Origin: Candidatus Poribacteria bacterium
GTDB taxonomy: Bacteria > Poribacteria > WGA-4E > WGA-3G
Length of the DNA stretch: 64,000 nt
Assembly: GCA_965205025.1 (NCBI GenBank)
Contig: CBDBFU010000023.1
Coordinates: 1 to 64,000 of the forward strand
Direction: 5' to 3'
The number at the start of each line of letters is the position of its first letter. The first letter of the stretch is position 1. Positions 21,345-31,149 of the stretch are shown here, one piece after another. The translations under genes and the position numbers were made by a program. The notes beneath the pieces are model-generated. The model saw only the letters and a list, made by a program, of their open reading frames with translations, ran no database searches and was not told the origin of the DNA.

Positions 21345-22703
21345 ATGAGTGATACCAACAAACAAATTGAGAGAGTAAATAGTACAATAGAAAATGTAGA
21401 TGTTATTGATTTGCGAGTGCCAACCTCTGATACACTATTGGGTTCAGATCCATTTCATAAGAAACCGAATTATTCTGCTGTTTTAACTACTATTGAGACA
21501 GATTCTGGTCATAAAGGCATCTCAGTAGCGTTTACAGCAGGGGCAGGAAATGATTGGATTGCTTATGGTGTAAAGGATCTGTCAAAACTTGTAACTGGGA
21601 TGAATGTGTCTTCATTCGTTAATGATCCAGGTGCATTTTTTAGATTACTGATTGATCATCACCAATTACGTTGGTTAGCAGACGGTGTAAATCGGATGGC
21701 AATTGGTAGTATCGTTAATGCAATGTGGGATCTATGGGGTAAACTTGTTGATAAACCACTATGGAAATTGCTTGTTAACTTACCTTCTGAAAAGATTGTC
21801 CAATGTATTGATTGGCGTTATCTACGGGATGCATTGACTCCTGAAGAAGCAATAGATATTTTGAACAGCAATTGGGATAAGAAAAATACCCGTGAAAAAG
21901 GACTATTAGAAAAAGGACCAAAAGCTTATTCTACTGCAGGCTGGCTTGGATTAACCGATGAACAGATTATTAAAACTGTCGATGATGTTAAAGCCTCTGG
22001 ATTGGACTGTTTCAAGATGAAAGTGGGACAAGATGTTGACTTTGATAAGAAGAGACTTGCATTTATTCGATCAGTAATCGGTGATGAATCAAAATTAATG
22101 TTGGATGCTAACCAAGTCTGGGGTGTTGATGAAGCAATATCTCACATGGAACAGTTAGTTGATTTTAATCCTACATGGATTGAAGAACCTACTGCAAGAG
22201 ATGATGTGCTCGGTTTTGTGAAAATATCAAAATCATTAGAAAAATATGGTATAGGTGTTGCTACCGGAGAACAAGTCCCATCACCAGTAATCTTCAAACA
22301 ACTAATTACTAGTGGAGGTATACAATTTTGTCAAATTGATGCGTCCCGACTGGGTGGTGTGAATGATGTGTTGGCAGTAATTCTTATGGCAGCAAAATAC
22401 GATATTCCTGTCTGTCCACATGGAGGTGGAATTGGTTTATGTAATATGATACAACATTATGCTTTGTGGGATCAGATCTGTGTGGCAGGTCATTCCGATA
22501 CACAAGTTGTGGAATATTTAAACTTCCTACAAGAAGAGGTTTTTCTACATCCAATTCAGATTACTAATGGTGCCTATGTAGCACCATTAATACCTGGATG
22601 GGGTCTGGAGATGTATCCTGAATTTGTGGTAAATCATACCTATCCTACTGGATCAATTTGGCAAGGAAGAGAGGAATCTGGTGGCATTACTTTTATTGCT
22701 TGA
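21345..22703 (+). CDS. L-fuconate dehydratase-like enolase superfamily protein (rTS/ENOSF1 type)
   Basis: D.RVPTS...GSD, AYST.AGWLG, KMKVG, DANQ, WIEEP, ATGE and CPH.GG motifs. Confidence 0.85.
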   Translation: MSDTNKQIERVNSTIENVDVIDLRVPTSDTLLGSDPFHKKPNYSAVLTTIETDSGHKGISVAFTAGAGNDWIAYGVKDLSKLVTGMNVSSFVNDPGAFFRLLIDHHQLRWLADGVNRMAIGSIVNAMWDLWGKLVDKPLWKLLVNLPSEKIVQCIDWRYLRDALTPEEAIDILNSNWDKKNTREKGLLEKGPKAYSTAGWLGLTDEQIIKTVDDVKASGLDCFKMKVGQDVDFDKKRLAFIRSVIGDESKLMLDANQVWGVDEAISHMEQLVDFNPTWIEEPTARDDVLGFVKISKSLEKYGIGVATGEQVPSPVIFKQLITSGGIQFCQIDASRLGGVNDVLAVILMAAKYDIPVCPHGGGIGLCNMIQHYALWDQICVAGHSDTQVVEYLNFLQEEVFLHPIQITNGAYVAPLIPGWGLEMYPEFVVNHTYPTGSIWQGREESGGITFIA

Positions 22704-22771
22704 TAAACCATCAGATAGTTTGTATTAATATATCTCTATTTTCTAAACACAAAGAAATTGGAATATAAAAA

Positions 22772-23098
22772 TTATGTCTCATTTTCTGTCTGATTCTGCT
22801 TATCATCCTGAGGAGTTATATTTGACTTGATATTTAAAAGTGTTTGATTGATCTCATAGAGCATTAGCAAGGCTTCACATATAATCCGTAAAATTAGAGG
22901 TATAATGACAATCCAGATAATCCCTGATAATAAACCATCCATCCAAGTATACTGATCACCATAATACCAACTATTTTCGAGAATTTGAATTAGACCTACA
23001 ATGATACATAAAATTAGCCCTATTCTATAAATTGATGGAACTATTTTTGGAATTAGATAATTATCTAATTTAGTATAGTCTTTCATTCCGACCCCCAT
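22772..23098 (-). CDS. Small membrane protein (DUF4282-like)
   Basis: Two TM segments; LIPKIV and RIICE.L...Y.I...L motifs. Confidence 0.7.
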   Translation of the reverse strand: MGVGMKDYTKLDNYLIPKIVPSIYRIGLILCIIVGLIQILENSWYYGDQYTWMDGLLSGIIWIVIIPLILRIICEALLMLYEINQTLLNIKSNITPQDDKQNQTENET

Positions 23099-23131
23099 AG
23101 AATTTTAATGAAAGCACATACATAAGCAAGA

Positions 23132-23887
23132 TTAAGACCTTGCTTTTTCAGCCTTTAACTTATAATCAGCAGCAGCGGTTGAAATCCATCCACCAATACC
23201 TACAAGTAAAAACTGCACTCCGGCTTTAACATATTTCTCAACCGTATGATCCAATGCAAGTGTACCCGCGGTTCGACCAGCATCTTGAATACGTGCAAGT
23301 GCAGAATCAATTGTGTCTTGAACATCTTTATGACCAAGATTACCTATATGTCCCATTGATGTGGCTAAATCTGAAGGTGCAACAAAGAATACATCAATAT
23401 GGTCAACAGTGAGAATCTCATCTAAATTATCAATGGCAACAATATCTTCAATTAATACAACTACCATAGTTTGACTATTGGCTACTTCAAAATAGTTATC
23501 CACTCCATACCCTTGTCGACTTGTAAACATTCCTCGGTGTCCGATTGGAGCGAACTTAGTTCCATCCACCACATTCTGTGCTTCCTCTTTCGTATTTACA
23601 TGTGGTACAGCAATTCCCATTGCACCACAATCCAATGTACGGTAGATTAATCCTTGATCGTTTCGATTAACGCGGACGATAGAGGTTAGTCCCCAAAGAT
23701 CACATGCGCGGGTAAGGTCTCCTATATTAGAAGCATTCACATTTCCATGTTCTCCTTCTAACCATACAGCATCAAATTCATTTGGTCCAAAGTTGTCTAT
23801 ATCATCTGGATTTGTTAAACCACTTATAACATAAGTAAGTTCACCATTGGACAGTTTTTGTTTTACACGATTCTCTCTTATTTCCAT
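23132..23887 (-). CDS. HpcH/HpaI class II aldolase family protein
   Basis: E.EHG, LD.GA.GI.VPHV.T, P.G.RG, IED and PSDL motifs. Confidence 0.9.
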   Translation of the reverse strand: MEIRENRVKQKLSNGELTYVISGLTNPDDIDNFGPNEFDAVWLEGEHGNVNASNIGDLTRACDLWGLTSIVRVNRNDQGLIYRTLDCGAMGIAVPHVNTKEEAQNVVDGTKFAPIGHRGMFTSRQGYGVDNYFEVANSQTMVVVLIEDIVAIDNLDEILTVDHIDVFFVAPSDLATSMGHIGNLGHKDVQDTIDSALARIQDAGRTAGTLALDHTVEKYVKAGVQFLLVGIGGWISTAAADYKLKAEKARS

Positions 23888-23914
23888 GTACTTTCTACCC
23901 TTTCTATAGTTATT

Positions 23915-25234
23915 TTATGCCAGAAAACCTGAAGGCAATAATTCGTGGACAGTATCAATTACAAGTTGTTCAACACCAGGAGCAAATTTAGTGGGTTGTC
24001 CAAAATAAATCATTGCACCGCCACCTTCATATCCACCTTCAGCCAATACTCTTTCAGACGGAATATAACCTGGAAAAGCATTTGAATACGCTCCTACCCA
24101 TAATCTGGTATTATCAAACTCCTTCTTTAGTCGTATGGAATAATCTACCACTACCTCACTGGCAAGAAAGACGATTGCTAAATCGTCTCCAAAAGTCCAT
24201 GCTTGAATTGGATAGGAAATATCTGTTTTGATAGATTGACCATTATCCAACATTTCAAGATGCTTTTCTGCGTGATACCCAATTGCCCCTCCTTGTGCTG
24301 CAAGTTCCTTCCATCCTTCAACTGTGGGAAGTTCATCAAACGGCAAATCAACTCTCTGAATAACACTCTTTGGCATATCTGATAAGCCAATTGCATCACG
24401 TTCAAGTTGATGAGACACCTCATGTGCAAATGCTTTTCCGTGTTCTTTCGCATAGGCAAGACGGGTATCAAATACCTCTTGTACTCCTTGAGGCATTGTT
24501 CGCATTCGAGATTCTGGGTTGGCATCTGCCCCACAACCAATTGTAATTAATGCTGTAGTTCCAGGATGTGCCAGTTGAATCTCTTCTTGTGCAAATCCTG
24601 CCCAGTCCCCACAGATATGATTATCTGAACCTGCTAATGTGGTACAATGACACGCATAACTTGCCCAAATTGCAGATAAATTTCCTTCACTATCTGTAAT
24701 TCGCATAACCGGTAAAGAGTGGTCAACAGGACCTCCTTCAGTCCGTCTATTCTTTGCGAATCCCAATTCACCGATATTCCAGGCTAATTGACAAGGTTTC
24801 CTATTCTCAAGTGCAGTAATTGCAATTGATTCTATCCAATCCTTCAATTGATCTGTATATTTGTCAATTGTTGCTTGTTCACCAGGTTTTATATCAGAAC
24901 TAAAAATAAACGCAGCAGAATTTGTTAGACAAGGTGCACTGTGGGTATGTGTATAACATGCAACAAAATTCTCGCGTGATATTCCTGTTTTTTGTTTGAT
25001 CCGTTCTGACACTTCCTCAGTGAATTCATCGGGTAGACCACAGTTTTCAACGGTGACCATAATAACAGGATCTTGTTCATCACTTCCAATTGCAAGCGCT
25101 TTTGCCCATATCCTTTGTATTATACCCTCTGATTCTGTACGTCTACTACCATATCCATTCAGTCGTATGGGGTAATCAGGTGTAATATCTACTTGTGCAA
25201 CACCAACTTCAATATAGTTATCTTTATCTGGCAT
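23915..25234 (-). CDS. Neutral/alkaline ceramidase-like family hydrolase
   Basis: G.A.VDITP, THTHSAP, YACHCT, GCGADANP and GYIPS...GGYE motifs. Confidence 0.82.
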   Translation of the reverse strand: MPDKDNYIEVGVAQVDITPDYPIRLNGYGSRRTESEGIIQRIWAKALAIGSDEQDPVIMVTVENCGLPDEFTEEVSERIKQKTGISRENFVACYTHTHSAPCLTNSAAFIFSSDIKPGEQATIDKYTDQLKDWIESIAITALENRKPCQLAWNIGELGFAKNRRTEGGPVDHSLPVMRITDSEGNLSAIWASYACHCTTLAGSDNHICGDWAGFAQEEIQLAHPGTTALITIGCGADANPESRMRTMPQGVQEVFDTRLAYAKEHGKAFAHEVSHQLERDAIGLSDMPKSVIQRVDLPFDELPTVEGWKELAAQGGAIGYHAEKHLEMLDNGQSIKTDISYPIQAWTFGDDLAIVFLASEVVVDYSIRLKKEFDNTRLWVGAYSNAFPGYIPSERVLAEGGYEGGGAMIYFGQPTKFAPGVEQLVIDTVHELLPSGFLA

Positions 25235-25261
25235 ATATATACCTCTATATAGGATATTAAC

Positions 25262-26572
25262 TTACTTTGTCACATCTCCCTCTGGATAGGTAAGACTTTT
25301 TTTGAAAATCTCACCGTCTAAATCAGGAATAATATGTCGTGTCCCCATAACCTTACTTGATACTCCTGTGACGTTGGTTGGAAATTCTACTGATTGTTCT
25401 TCACGACTGCGATTATATATTACCCAACCACCTGTGAACTCTCTAATAAAGAGTCCTTCTCGATCATTATATACTTGTCTCTTATCTGTTATTGGTTTGC
25501 CTAAATCGGTATCCCAAAATGTATACCAGTAATGTTTATGTTGTGTTCCATCATTATAGAGTACATAACCATCTGAATGTGTGAGACTCATGGTTGTAAA
25601 TACCCTCATCCACTGTAAATTTTTGTGACTGTCTAATTCTTCTGTTGGAATTCCCCATCCTTCAAGACAATTAACACGCGGTTCTCTTAAGTTACATTCT
25701 GCCCAATAGAGAGTATCTTCAATCTCTTTTAATCCTTCGTAGGTATAGCCATCTATATTGTCCCTAAGTGTTTCCATAAAAGTTCCATTAATTGCCCACT
25801 TCGTACGTGGAAACTTACGACGATTTCCATTTACTAATATAATAAAATCTTTTGGAACCTTCTCACGGATAAGTTTAAGAATGGTATCCCGCGCATTCTG
25901 TTCAGCTATAAATCCTCGATAACCTGAATTTTCAAATGCCCCCCATGAAGCATTTTTACCATCAGCAAGTACTACACCGTCTTCAGACCACCAGTCAAAA
26001 AATATCCCATCATACAAACCACAATTCGCAACTGCAATTGCTTCATTCACAATTTTATCAATTACTACTGGTTTTGTAAAATCTATGAAGAATGCTCCAT
26101 CCTTCCATGCAACTATCCGTTTTCCATTCTTATCCCTTAACCAATATGTAGAATTTTTTGGATGACTCGATGCATAAGCTTCGCGCATTCGTATCTCAAC
26201 TATAAACAACATGTTGGGATTCTGTGAAAGATATACATCCCGTTTTTCAATTGCTTCATTCATATCACCTATCAAACGTATTTCACCCTGAGTCTTTTCA
26301 AACTTACGATGAAATATAAGTGATGAAAAATATAAATCATGGAGAACCATCTGTTCGAAATCAGTCTTTTCTGGGAGATTAAGTACAGAACTCCAACCAA
26401 TTCCACCCCAAGCAGAAAAGATTGAAGGAAAACTTCGATTTTGAATACGTGTATGAATAGGAAAGACCTTATCCTTATCTATATTTTCTACAGATTTAAT
26501 TGGATCTGAAAAGATACATACATTAGCAATAAGTAAGAATATGAAAAGTAGACAAACAATTAACCGAACCAT
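25262..26572 (-). CDS. Secreted putative glycoside hydrolase (TIM-barrel)
   Basis: Signal peptide; IDFTKP, YDGIFFDWW, NG.FME and DLGKP motifs. Confidence 0.65.
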   Translation of the reverse strand: MVRLIVCLLFIFLLIANVCIFSDPIKSVENIDKDKVFPIHTRIQNRSFPSIFSAWGGIGWSSVLNLPEKTDFEQMVLHDLYFSSLIFHRKFEKTQGEIRLIGDMNEAIEKRDVYLSQNPNMLFIVEIRMREAYASSHPKNSTYWLRDKNGKRIVAWKDGAFFIDFTKPVVIDKIVNEAIAVANCGLYDGIFFDWWSEDGVVLADGKNASWGAFENSGYRGFIAEQNARDTILKLIREKVPKDFIILVNGNRRKFPRTKWAINGTFMETLRDNIDGYTYEGLKEIEDTLYWAECNLREPRVNCLEGWGIPTEELDSHKNLQWMRVFTTMSLTHSDGYVLYNDGTQHKHYWYTFWDTDLGKPITDKRQVYNDREGLFIREFTGGWVIYNRSREEQSVEFPTNVTGVSSKVMGTRHIIPDLDGEIFKKSLTYPEGDVTK

Positions 26573-26585
26573 TCTTTATAACCTT

Positions 26586-27675
26586 CAGGACTTACGCAAA
26601 ATTACAAAATGTGTTATTCTTATTGATTATGAACACATTTACACATTCTAAAAAGAAGCAAGACTTATTTTCCGATTATTGTCAATATTTGTTTTCAAGT
26701 TTTACTAATTTTACACAAACTTATTTTGCTAAACATACAGACCGTTGGAGCCACGATCAACTCAATCGCTTTCTGAGAGACGAAAACATTCCTACAAGTG
26801 AACTCTGGGCATCCGTCAAAGACGACATCGACTTTGATGAAGAAGGATACCTGATTTTTGATGATGTTGTGCTGTCAAAAATACATTCTAAACGGATTGA
26901 AATAGTACGCTCTCAATGGAGTGGTAGTGACAGAAAGGTGATTCAAGGTATCGGTATTGTCACCTGTCTCTATGTCAACCCTAAGACACAGGAATATTGG
27001 GTCATTGATTACCGTATTTTTGACAGAGATCATGACGGTAAAACCAAAATCGATCATTTATTGGATATGTTGCACGATGCTTATTCTAAGAAACAACTCC
27101 CATTCCGGACAGTCTTGATGGACTCTTGGTATGCGTCCATGAAAGTGATGAAAGCGATTGATAGACTTTCTAAGATCTATTATGTTCCGTTGAAACGAAA
27201 CCGTCTTGTGAATGATACCAAAGGTGTAGAACCTCACAAGGCAGTCAAAGATCTATCTTGGTCTCAAGCAGAAAAGAAAAGCGGTAAACGCGTACATCTC
27301 AAAAACTTTCCGAAAGGTTCTGTCGTAAAGTTATTCCGGTTTGTGTCTGATACCGGACGCACGGAATATATAGTGACAAACGATTTGACACAATCAAATG
27401 TGGATATGACTCACCAAAAGTGTCGTCTCCGTTGGAAGATTGAACTCCTTCATCGTGAGATGAAACAAGTAACCGGTATTGGTAAATGCCAATGTCGTAA
27501 GATGCGTGCCCAGAGAAATCATATTGCGTGTAGTTTCCAAGTATGGGTCTTTATGACGCGTGTTGTACGTGCTGTTGGACAAAAGATTTACGAGTTTAAA
27601 GATGGTTTATTGAGTGATTACTTAAAACATCAACTCTCAAATCCTTCAATAAAATTTAAAACTGCGTAAGTCCTG
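26586..27675 (+). mobile_element. Intact IS701-family insertion sequence
   Basis: Perfect 13-bp TIRs CAGGACTTACGCA; 5-bp TSD ACCTT at 26581-26585 and 27676-27680; one transposase ORF whose stop lies in the right IR. Confidence 0.93.
26629..27669 (+). CDS. IS701-family DDE transposase
   Basis: SHDQLNRFL, IFDD, VLMDSWYA, RWKIE..HRE.KQ.TG...CQCR..R.QRNHI motifs. Confidence 0.92.
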   Translation: MNTFTHSKKKQDLFSDYCQYLFSSFTNFTQTYFAKHTDRWSHDQLNRFLRDENIPTSELWASVKDDIDFDEEGYLIFDDVVLSKIHSKRIEIVRSQWSGSDRKVIQGIGIVTCLYVNPKTQEYWVIDYRIFDRDHDGKTKIDHLLDMLHDAYSKKQLPFRTVLMDSWYASMKVMKAIDRLSKIYYVPLKRNRLVNDTKGVEPHKAVKDLSWSQAEKKSGKRVHLKNFPKGSVVKLFRFVSDTGRTEYIVTNDLTQSNVDMTHQKCRLRWKIELLHREMKQVTGIGKCQCRKMRAQRNHIACSFQVWVFMTRVVRAVGQKIYEFKDGLLSDYLKHQLSNPSIKFKTA

Positions 27676-27686
27676 ACCTTAAAGAA

Positions 27687-27839
27687 ACGTGAGTATGATA
27701 AATCAGATTATTGTATTCAGTGCAGTGAATCAACGGTATAAATTCCATTTAGGCATTCCCGGGAAACAGCACCAATCGGGTTCATGAGAATAGTATTTTG
27801 GGTGAAATGATATTCATATACCAATTGTCCAACTCACGT
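27687..27839. mobile_element. MITE with IS982-like ends carrying a REP-like remnant
   Basis: ACGTGAGTATGATAA versus reverse complement ACGTGAGTTGGACAA; near-perfect 7-bp TSD TAAAGAA/TAAAGTA; internal sequence matches the repeat at 52898 in reverse. Confidence 0.65.
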
Positions 27840-27890
27840 TAAAGTATCTGACTGTATGTAAGATATGTTTGATTATTACTATGATATCCA

Positions 27891-28808
27891 TTATTCAATT
27901 TCCATAACTTCTGCAAAAACATCTTCAAGTGTATGTTCTACTTCCCGTAATTGTCGAAGTTGAATCCCGGTTTCATGAGCCAATTTAAAAAAGAATGTAC
28001 CTTCAGTCCTTTCTTCACTGATTGATGTAACTCGTAAACGACCATCAGTTTTAATTTCTGTTGTATACGAATGCTGTCCTAAAATATCAATAAATGTTTC
28101 CCGATCACCGACTATTTTCAAATCAAAGGCTTGTGTTTGGTCTCTTCTTAATTCCTCAATATTACCTTTAACTGCAAGATTACCGTTGGATAGTGCGAAT
28201 ATTTCATGACACACAGATTCTACATCCGGAAGTAGATGTGAAGATAGAACAACATTAATTCCTTTATCTTCAGCAATGTCTTTGATAAGTAATAGCATCT
28301 CCTCTCTACCAGCAGTATCCATTCCATTCGTTGGTTCATCAAGGAGGAGTAATTTGGGATCATGTATTAAGGCTTGTGCTAACTTCACACGTTGCCGCAT
28401 CCCGGTGGAATAGCCACTAATCGGTCTATAACGTTCTTCGTCAACACCTACGTAAAATAATACTTCGTGTGCCCGTTGCATTGCATCTTTTGTAGGCATT
28501 CCGCATATCTCACCAGCAAACGAAACTAATTGTACTGCGTTCATTTGAGGTATTAGACAATCATCTTCTGGCATATATCCTATCTGTTCACGTATTCCTT
28601 CTTGTTGTGATTTTACATCCAGCCCGAACAGTTTTGCATCTCCTTGAGAAGGTCTTACAAAACCCAGTAGCATTTTAAGTAGAGTACTTTTACCAGCACC
28701 ATTTGGACCGAGTAATCCAATTGCACCACCCTCTAAATTTACCGTCAATTCGTTTAAGGCATGATTCGCACCGAAAATAACAGAAACGTCTCTTATTTCT
28801 ATTAGCAT
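27891..28808 (-). CDS. ABC transporter ATP-binding protein (ABC-2 type)
   Basis: GPNGAGKST, YSTGMRQR, LLLDEP and SSH motifs. Confidence 0.93.
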   Translation of the reverse strand: MLIEIRDVSVIFGANHALNELTVNLEGGAIGLLGPNGAGKSTLLKMLLGFVRPSQGDAKLFGLDVKSQQEGIREQIGYMPEDDCLIPQMNAVQLVSFAGEICGMPTKDAMQRAHEVLFYVGVDEERYRPISGYSTGMRQRVKLAQALIHDPKLLLLDEPTNGMDTAGREEMLLLIKDIAEDKGINVVLSSHLLPDVESVCHEIFALSNGNLAVKGNIEELRRDQTQAFDLKIVGDRETFIDILGQHSYTTEIKTDGRLRVTSISEERTEGTFFFKLAHETGIQLRQLREVEHTLEDVFAEVMEIE

Positions 28809-28857
28809 AGTATTATCTGTAATTTAGAAAACTTTAGATTTAATTAAACACTTTACT

Positions 28858-28934
28858 TGTAGGAGCGACCTCCCGGTCGCGACCAGGAGGTCGCTCCTAC
28901 AGAAGAGGCGTAGGACGCGAACGTAAGTTCAGCC
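28858..28934. repeat. GTAG-type REP doublet plus a second REP
   Basis: 16-bp perfect IR TGTAGGAGCGACCTCC/GGAGGTCGCTCCTACA, then CGTAGGACGCGAACGTAAGTTCAGCC. Confidence 0.8.
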
Positions 28935-28950
28935 AATAGAATTTAGAATA

Positions 28951-31149
28951 TTATTCATTAGGATATAATATGTCTAAATTATCGATAGGTTTTCCTGTCT
29001 GGTCTGTAATCTGTAATGAGAATCCTATACCTCTCCCTACTTCATCTATCTTAACCAAAATACTATTATTCCCAGGATTTAAGGTAATCGGTATGGTTGA
29101 TTTTTCTGTATTTCTATTTCTCATATTATTTATTTCAAATTCCTGCAGACCATTCACCCACAGTTTACTTATATCAATGCAAGAAAATTTCATTACGACA
29201 TCTTGTTCTATAGGAGAATTAACTGTTGAATATGCATAATAGATACCCCATTGCTCTTCCTCTTGCATTTCTATGATATTATCTAAAACTTCATCAGAGT
29301 ATTTTCTCCATTTTTCTTGACCATATTTTCCTTTATGCTCTAATGAGAAGTCCATTTTAGGAAGATGTTCATTGATGTATAATTTATTAATTCCATTGCC
29401 ATTTTCACTATCAAACGGTCCAAGTAGCATCCAAGCATTATTTATAATATAGCCAGTAGATTGAATGATAGAATTGGATTTTTCAATCATATCATTCTCA
29501 CTATAAAACTGAGCTAATGCAAATATAAACTTATCCTGCAAGGTCTGAGGATAAGATATTTCATCTATCAGTTGACTTAGCATATCAATATATGCGTCCC
29601 TATCTACTACATTCCTACCTGCTTTTAAAAATACCAAGTATATTTGATTTTCATAATATTGAAAATCAAATATGTTAAAATGGAACTTTATATGTTGATA
29701 GACTTCCTTATATTTCTGATTTGCCATATATGCTTTTAATAATGTAATATGATAGTCGGTATTAAACTGATTTTCTACTGCTTTTTCAGACAATTCCAGG
29801 GCGATCTCAGGTAATAGATTGATGTTAAGTAGTTTTTCAGAAATATTATAATATACTTCAGATATATTCTCTTCATTCACCTTACCTTTTGATAATTCTA
29901 CCCACATCCTATATGAAGTTTTTGCCTTTTCTGTCATGTTTGCATTTAGGTAAGCATCTCCTAAAAGTTCAAATAAGACTGAACTATTATCCATTTGAGT
30001 TTGAAGTTTTTCTAATAGAGTAATGAATTCTATTCCTGCATTTCTATTACTATAGAGTTTGTTCAGATTTCTTAATGCATCGTCATGTTCCTCCTGCATT
30101 AGGTTTGCTCTCAGTGAACGGAGATATACATTCTCAGCATCTGAATGCCGATCCAACTGAATATATGTATCTGCAAGATACCTATATATATCATAATATT
30201 TCGTATCAGATTTAAGGAATTCCTCATAATGTACTGAGGCATCATTGAGTTCTTCAAAACCGATTCTTATTGTTGGTTGTATATATTTTACCAATTTCGC
30301 ATTTCCTACCATCTTACCATGATTTTGATTAGGAGACAAATCTCTGATAGCTCCATTTTCTACATTGTTGAAATTCCAATAACCAATTAATCCATTTTCA
30401 GTTCCTTTTGGTTCTGAAATCATATCAGAACGAATTTCTTGATCGGATCGTGCAATATTCCATACAGAAACATCATCAATTTGACCAACAAAAGGTGAAT
30501 GGCAGGGTCTTTCTTCTTCGTGTGAGCGACCAATTCGTAAAGGTAATATTGTCTTTAGCATGTGCTCTTCACCACGAAAACTACGACGCTCTACTTCTTC
30601 CCCATTAATAAATACTCTCATGACATTCTGATTAACATCAATGACTCCAGTGATAAATGTCCAAGTATTAAGTTTTACAATTGTATCTGGTACAAGGTAT
30701 TGGGCAAATTTACCTGCTGGTGATGAATCAAATGAGATTCTACCATCCTCCCACAACCAAAATGTAAATTGACGATGCGTTATTCTTGGCAATCTTTTAT
30801 TTCCCTTAAAAAGAATGTTTGAGTATTCGTGAGGATAGGCTTCAGGTTTTATCCATAGAGAAACAGTAACCTGCTTTGTAATGTTATTTAAACTATCACT
30901 ATCTTTAATTTCAAGATAACTTTCTTTACCATCAAGATCAAGAGCACTGTCCAAAGGATTGAAATCAATTTTCTTTTGATTTAAATTATCATCTTCTATT
31001 TTACTGTTTGAATTATTAAGGTCTTGTGCATATACTATTGAGATACAACAAAGAATAAGAACATAGAATAAGACTGAACTTATCATTTTTACTTTTCTTT
31101 TTTCCATTAAAATACCTTCCCTAAGATAGTATTTGACATTAGAGCTCAT
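28951..31149 (-). CDS. Secreted LamG plus TPR plus C-terminal beta-sandwich (PA14-like) protein
   Basis: LamG motifs (TVSLWIKP, GQIDDVSVWN); helical TPR-like middle; W.LLGPFD...KLWVNG...L.PG.NSILVK; paralogue of 35380. Confidence 0.8.
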   Translation of the reverse strand: MSSNVKYYLREGILMEKRKVKMISSVLFYVLILCCISIVYAQDLNNSNSKIEDDNLNQKKIDFNPLDSALDLDGKESYLEIKDSDSLNNITKQVTVSLWIKPEAYPHEYSNILFKGNKRLPRITHRQFTFWLWEDGRISFDSSPAGKFAQYLVPDTIVKLNTWTFITGVIDVNQNVMRVFINGEEVERRSFRGEEHMLKTILPLRIGRSHEEERPCHSPFVGQIDDVSVWNIARSDQEIRSDMISEPKGTENGLIGYWNFNNVENGAIRDLSPNQNHGKMVGNAKLVKYIQPTIRIGFEELNDASVHYEEFLKSDTKYYDIYRYLADTYIQLDRHSDAENVYLRSLRANLMQEEHDDALRNLNKLYSNRNAGIEFITLLEKLQTQMDNSSVLFELLGDAYLNANMTEKAKTSYRMWVELSKGKVNEENISEVYYNISEKLLNINLLPEIALELSEKAVENQFNTDYHITLLKAYMANQKYKEVYQHIKFHFNIFDFQYYENQIYLVFLKAGRNVVDRDAYIDMLSQLIDEISYPQTLQDKFIFALAQFYSENDMIEKSNSIIQSTGYIINNAWMLLGPFDSENGNGINKLYINEHLPKMDFSLEHKGKYGQEKWRKYSDEVLDNIIEMQEEEQWGIYYAYSTVNSPIEQDVVMKFSCIDISKLWVNGLQEFEINNMRNRNTEKSTIPITLNPGNNSILVKIDEVGRGIGFSLQITDQTGKPIDNLDILYPNE

